Origin: Vicugna vicugna
Taxonomy: Eukaryota
DNA: 64,000 bases
Assembly: GCA_013265495.1 (NCBI GenBank)
Contig: MU058009.1
Span: 684,001-748,000 of the forward strand
Direction: 5' to 3'
Shown here: in pieces, positions 62,480-64,000 of the stretch
Numbering within the stretch: the stretch's first letter is position 1
Layout of the letters: each line of letters begins with the position of its first letter
Notes under the pieces: model-generated
What the model was told of the DNA's origin: nothing
The model's input: the letters and a program-made list of their open reading frames with translations, nothing else
Database searches by the model: none
Program-made: the position numbers and the translations under genes

Positions 62480-63170
62480 TTTTTTTTCTTTTGGAACTTA
62501 AAAATATATTTTAATATTAATTTAAAACTTACAGAAAAATTACAAGAATTGTGCAAGAAATACTATACTCTTTTATCCAAATTCAAATTCAACAATTGTT
62601 TGCATTTTTCTTTCTTATTCTTTCTCTACATATTTAGAGATATGATATATGCTTTTTTGAAGTACTTGGAAATAAGTTTGTAACAATGTGCCCCCATACC
62701 CCTAAATTCCTCAGGAAAAGGGATATTCTCTCACATTAATCAAAATCAGGAAGTTTAAGTTTGATACAATACTGTTATCTAGCACAGGTTATAGTAAAAA
62801 ATTTTCTATTGTAACATCCTTCCTATCACATTTCCCCCTTGGTCCAGGGTCCAATCCAAGGTCACGTGTTGCATTCGGTCCCTGTGTCTTCTGATTTTCA
62901 ATGATAACATCCTTTCTATCAATTTCCCATCTTGGTCCAGGGTCCAATCCCAGATCACATTTGGTGACCGTGTCTTCTGAGTCTCCTGTAATCTGGAGCA
63001 ACTGTTCAGCTGTTTTTGTCCTTCTTGACCTTGAAAATTTTGAATGGTAGAGGCCCGTTATTTTGCAGAATGCCCCTCAATTTGCGACTGTCTGATGTTC
63101 CCTCATAATTAGATTCAGGCTATGTGTTATTGGCAGGAATATCACAGCGGTGACGTTGTGTCCCCTGCGT
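62480..63170 (-). mobile_element. Old L1 (L1MC-like) 3'UTR with internal tandem duplication
   Basis: aaacttacagaaaaattacaagaat...aatcaaaatcaggaagtttaa...tattttgcagaatgcccctcaatttg...attagattcaggctatgtgttattggcaggaatatcacag. Confidence 0.8.
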
Positions 63171-63809
63171 GTTTTGATAGCAAACATCTAGTGAATGTGG
63201 TCCTGGGCACTGATACTGGCTGCCAGCATCTCCCCCAAGGGGGGCCTCCCTGCCAGAAGCTCTGTGCTACCCAGCGCTTTGCCTGGCTGGCCCTGACTGG
63301 GGCACACACGCTGTGTCTTGGACTCACACTGAACCTTGGAATGTAACACGGATTTTCTGTGAAGCCAGTTCTTTCCACTTCTAGGCTGGCCTTTCACTTT
63401 GCCCTATGTGTCAGGTAGCCCACCTCTGGCTTCTTTCTCTGTGACCTGCAGTCCTGGTGGCCAGACCCTGCCTGCATCTCTTGCCTCATCTGGACAATCT
63501 GGTCCTGGCAAGCTAGGCTGTCATCAGGATAGACGGGAACTGCGGAAAGACTGACTCGATGCCAGACAGGCTGGGCTGCCTGCAGGACTCCCAGTGGCTG
63601 TGTCCCTCTTACCGGTGTCCTTTATTCTGCTCTTCTCTCTGCCCAGGATGCCTTCTTACCAGCATCCCCCCTCCTCCCTGACACACTTCTGTACACACTT
63701 CTCTTTGAAGCCCTCCCCTTCTCCAAGTCACCTACAAGTGATTCATTGCACATTAAAGTTTGAGCAGCTCTGTATAGATTTCACGATCAAGAAAATTCGA
63801 AAATTGCAC

Positions 63810-63960
63810 CTCTTGGGGAGTGATGGAAATGTTAGCTATCTCGATTGTGGTAGATTACATTGGTGTATACATCTATCAAAATTCATCAAATTGTACGTTT
63901 GAAATATATATGGTTTACTGTACAGGAACCATACTACAATAAGGTGTTAAAAAAAAAAAA
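63810..63960 (+). mobile_element. L1 3' end (L1MB/MC-like) with poly(A)
   Basis: ggagtgatggaaatgttagctatctcgattgtggt...gtatacatctatcaaaattcatcaaattgtac...caataaggtgttaaaaaaaaaaaa. Confidence 0.8.
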
Positions 63961-64000
63961 GAAATCCAGCCTTGAACAAGATCCAGGTATCAGACAGAGT

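Noticed and set aside
523..63902. The supplied ORFs (60-180 aa) as protein-coding genes
   Set aside because: None resembles a protein I recognise other than decayed transposon frames. They overlap on both strands, often start at non-ATG codons and fall in repeats, as expected by chance in mammalian non-coding DNA.

Overview
This is mammalian nuclear DNA, not prokaryotic. It is CpG-depleted, roughly 45% GC by eye, and dense in MIR, L2, L1, ERVL/MaLR LTR and hAT (MER5/Charlie) relics. Several short young L1 3' tails resemble the cetartiodactyl, probably camelid, type (recognised from memory, not searched). I recognise no protein-coding exon, RNA gene or CRISPR array, and the supplied ORFs look like chance or repeat-derived frames, so the window reads as intergenic or deep-intronic. 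Non-repeat signals worth follow-up are a compact octamer+TATA promoter with a candidate first exon on the minus strand (~32.6-32.9 kb), an orphan CpG island (~49.6-50.2 kb), several repeat-free enhancer-like blocks and a convergent pair of CTCF-like motifs. Structural oddities include an L1 whose 5'UTR is fused to its 3' end and flanked by a TSD inside an older L1, an inverted duplication in an ERVL gag relic next to an L1 5' junction, and small tandem duplications. There is a 21-N assembly gap at 37291-37311. I found no convincing novel biological system. Repeat family names are by-eye matches to remembered consensus sequences, and boundaries are approximate unless a TSD is quoted.
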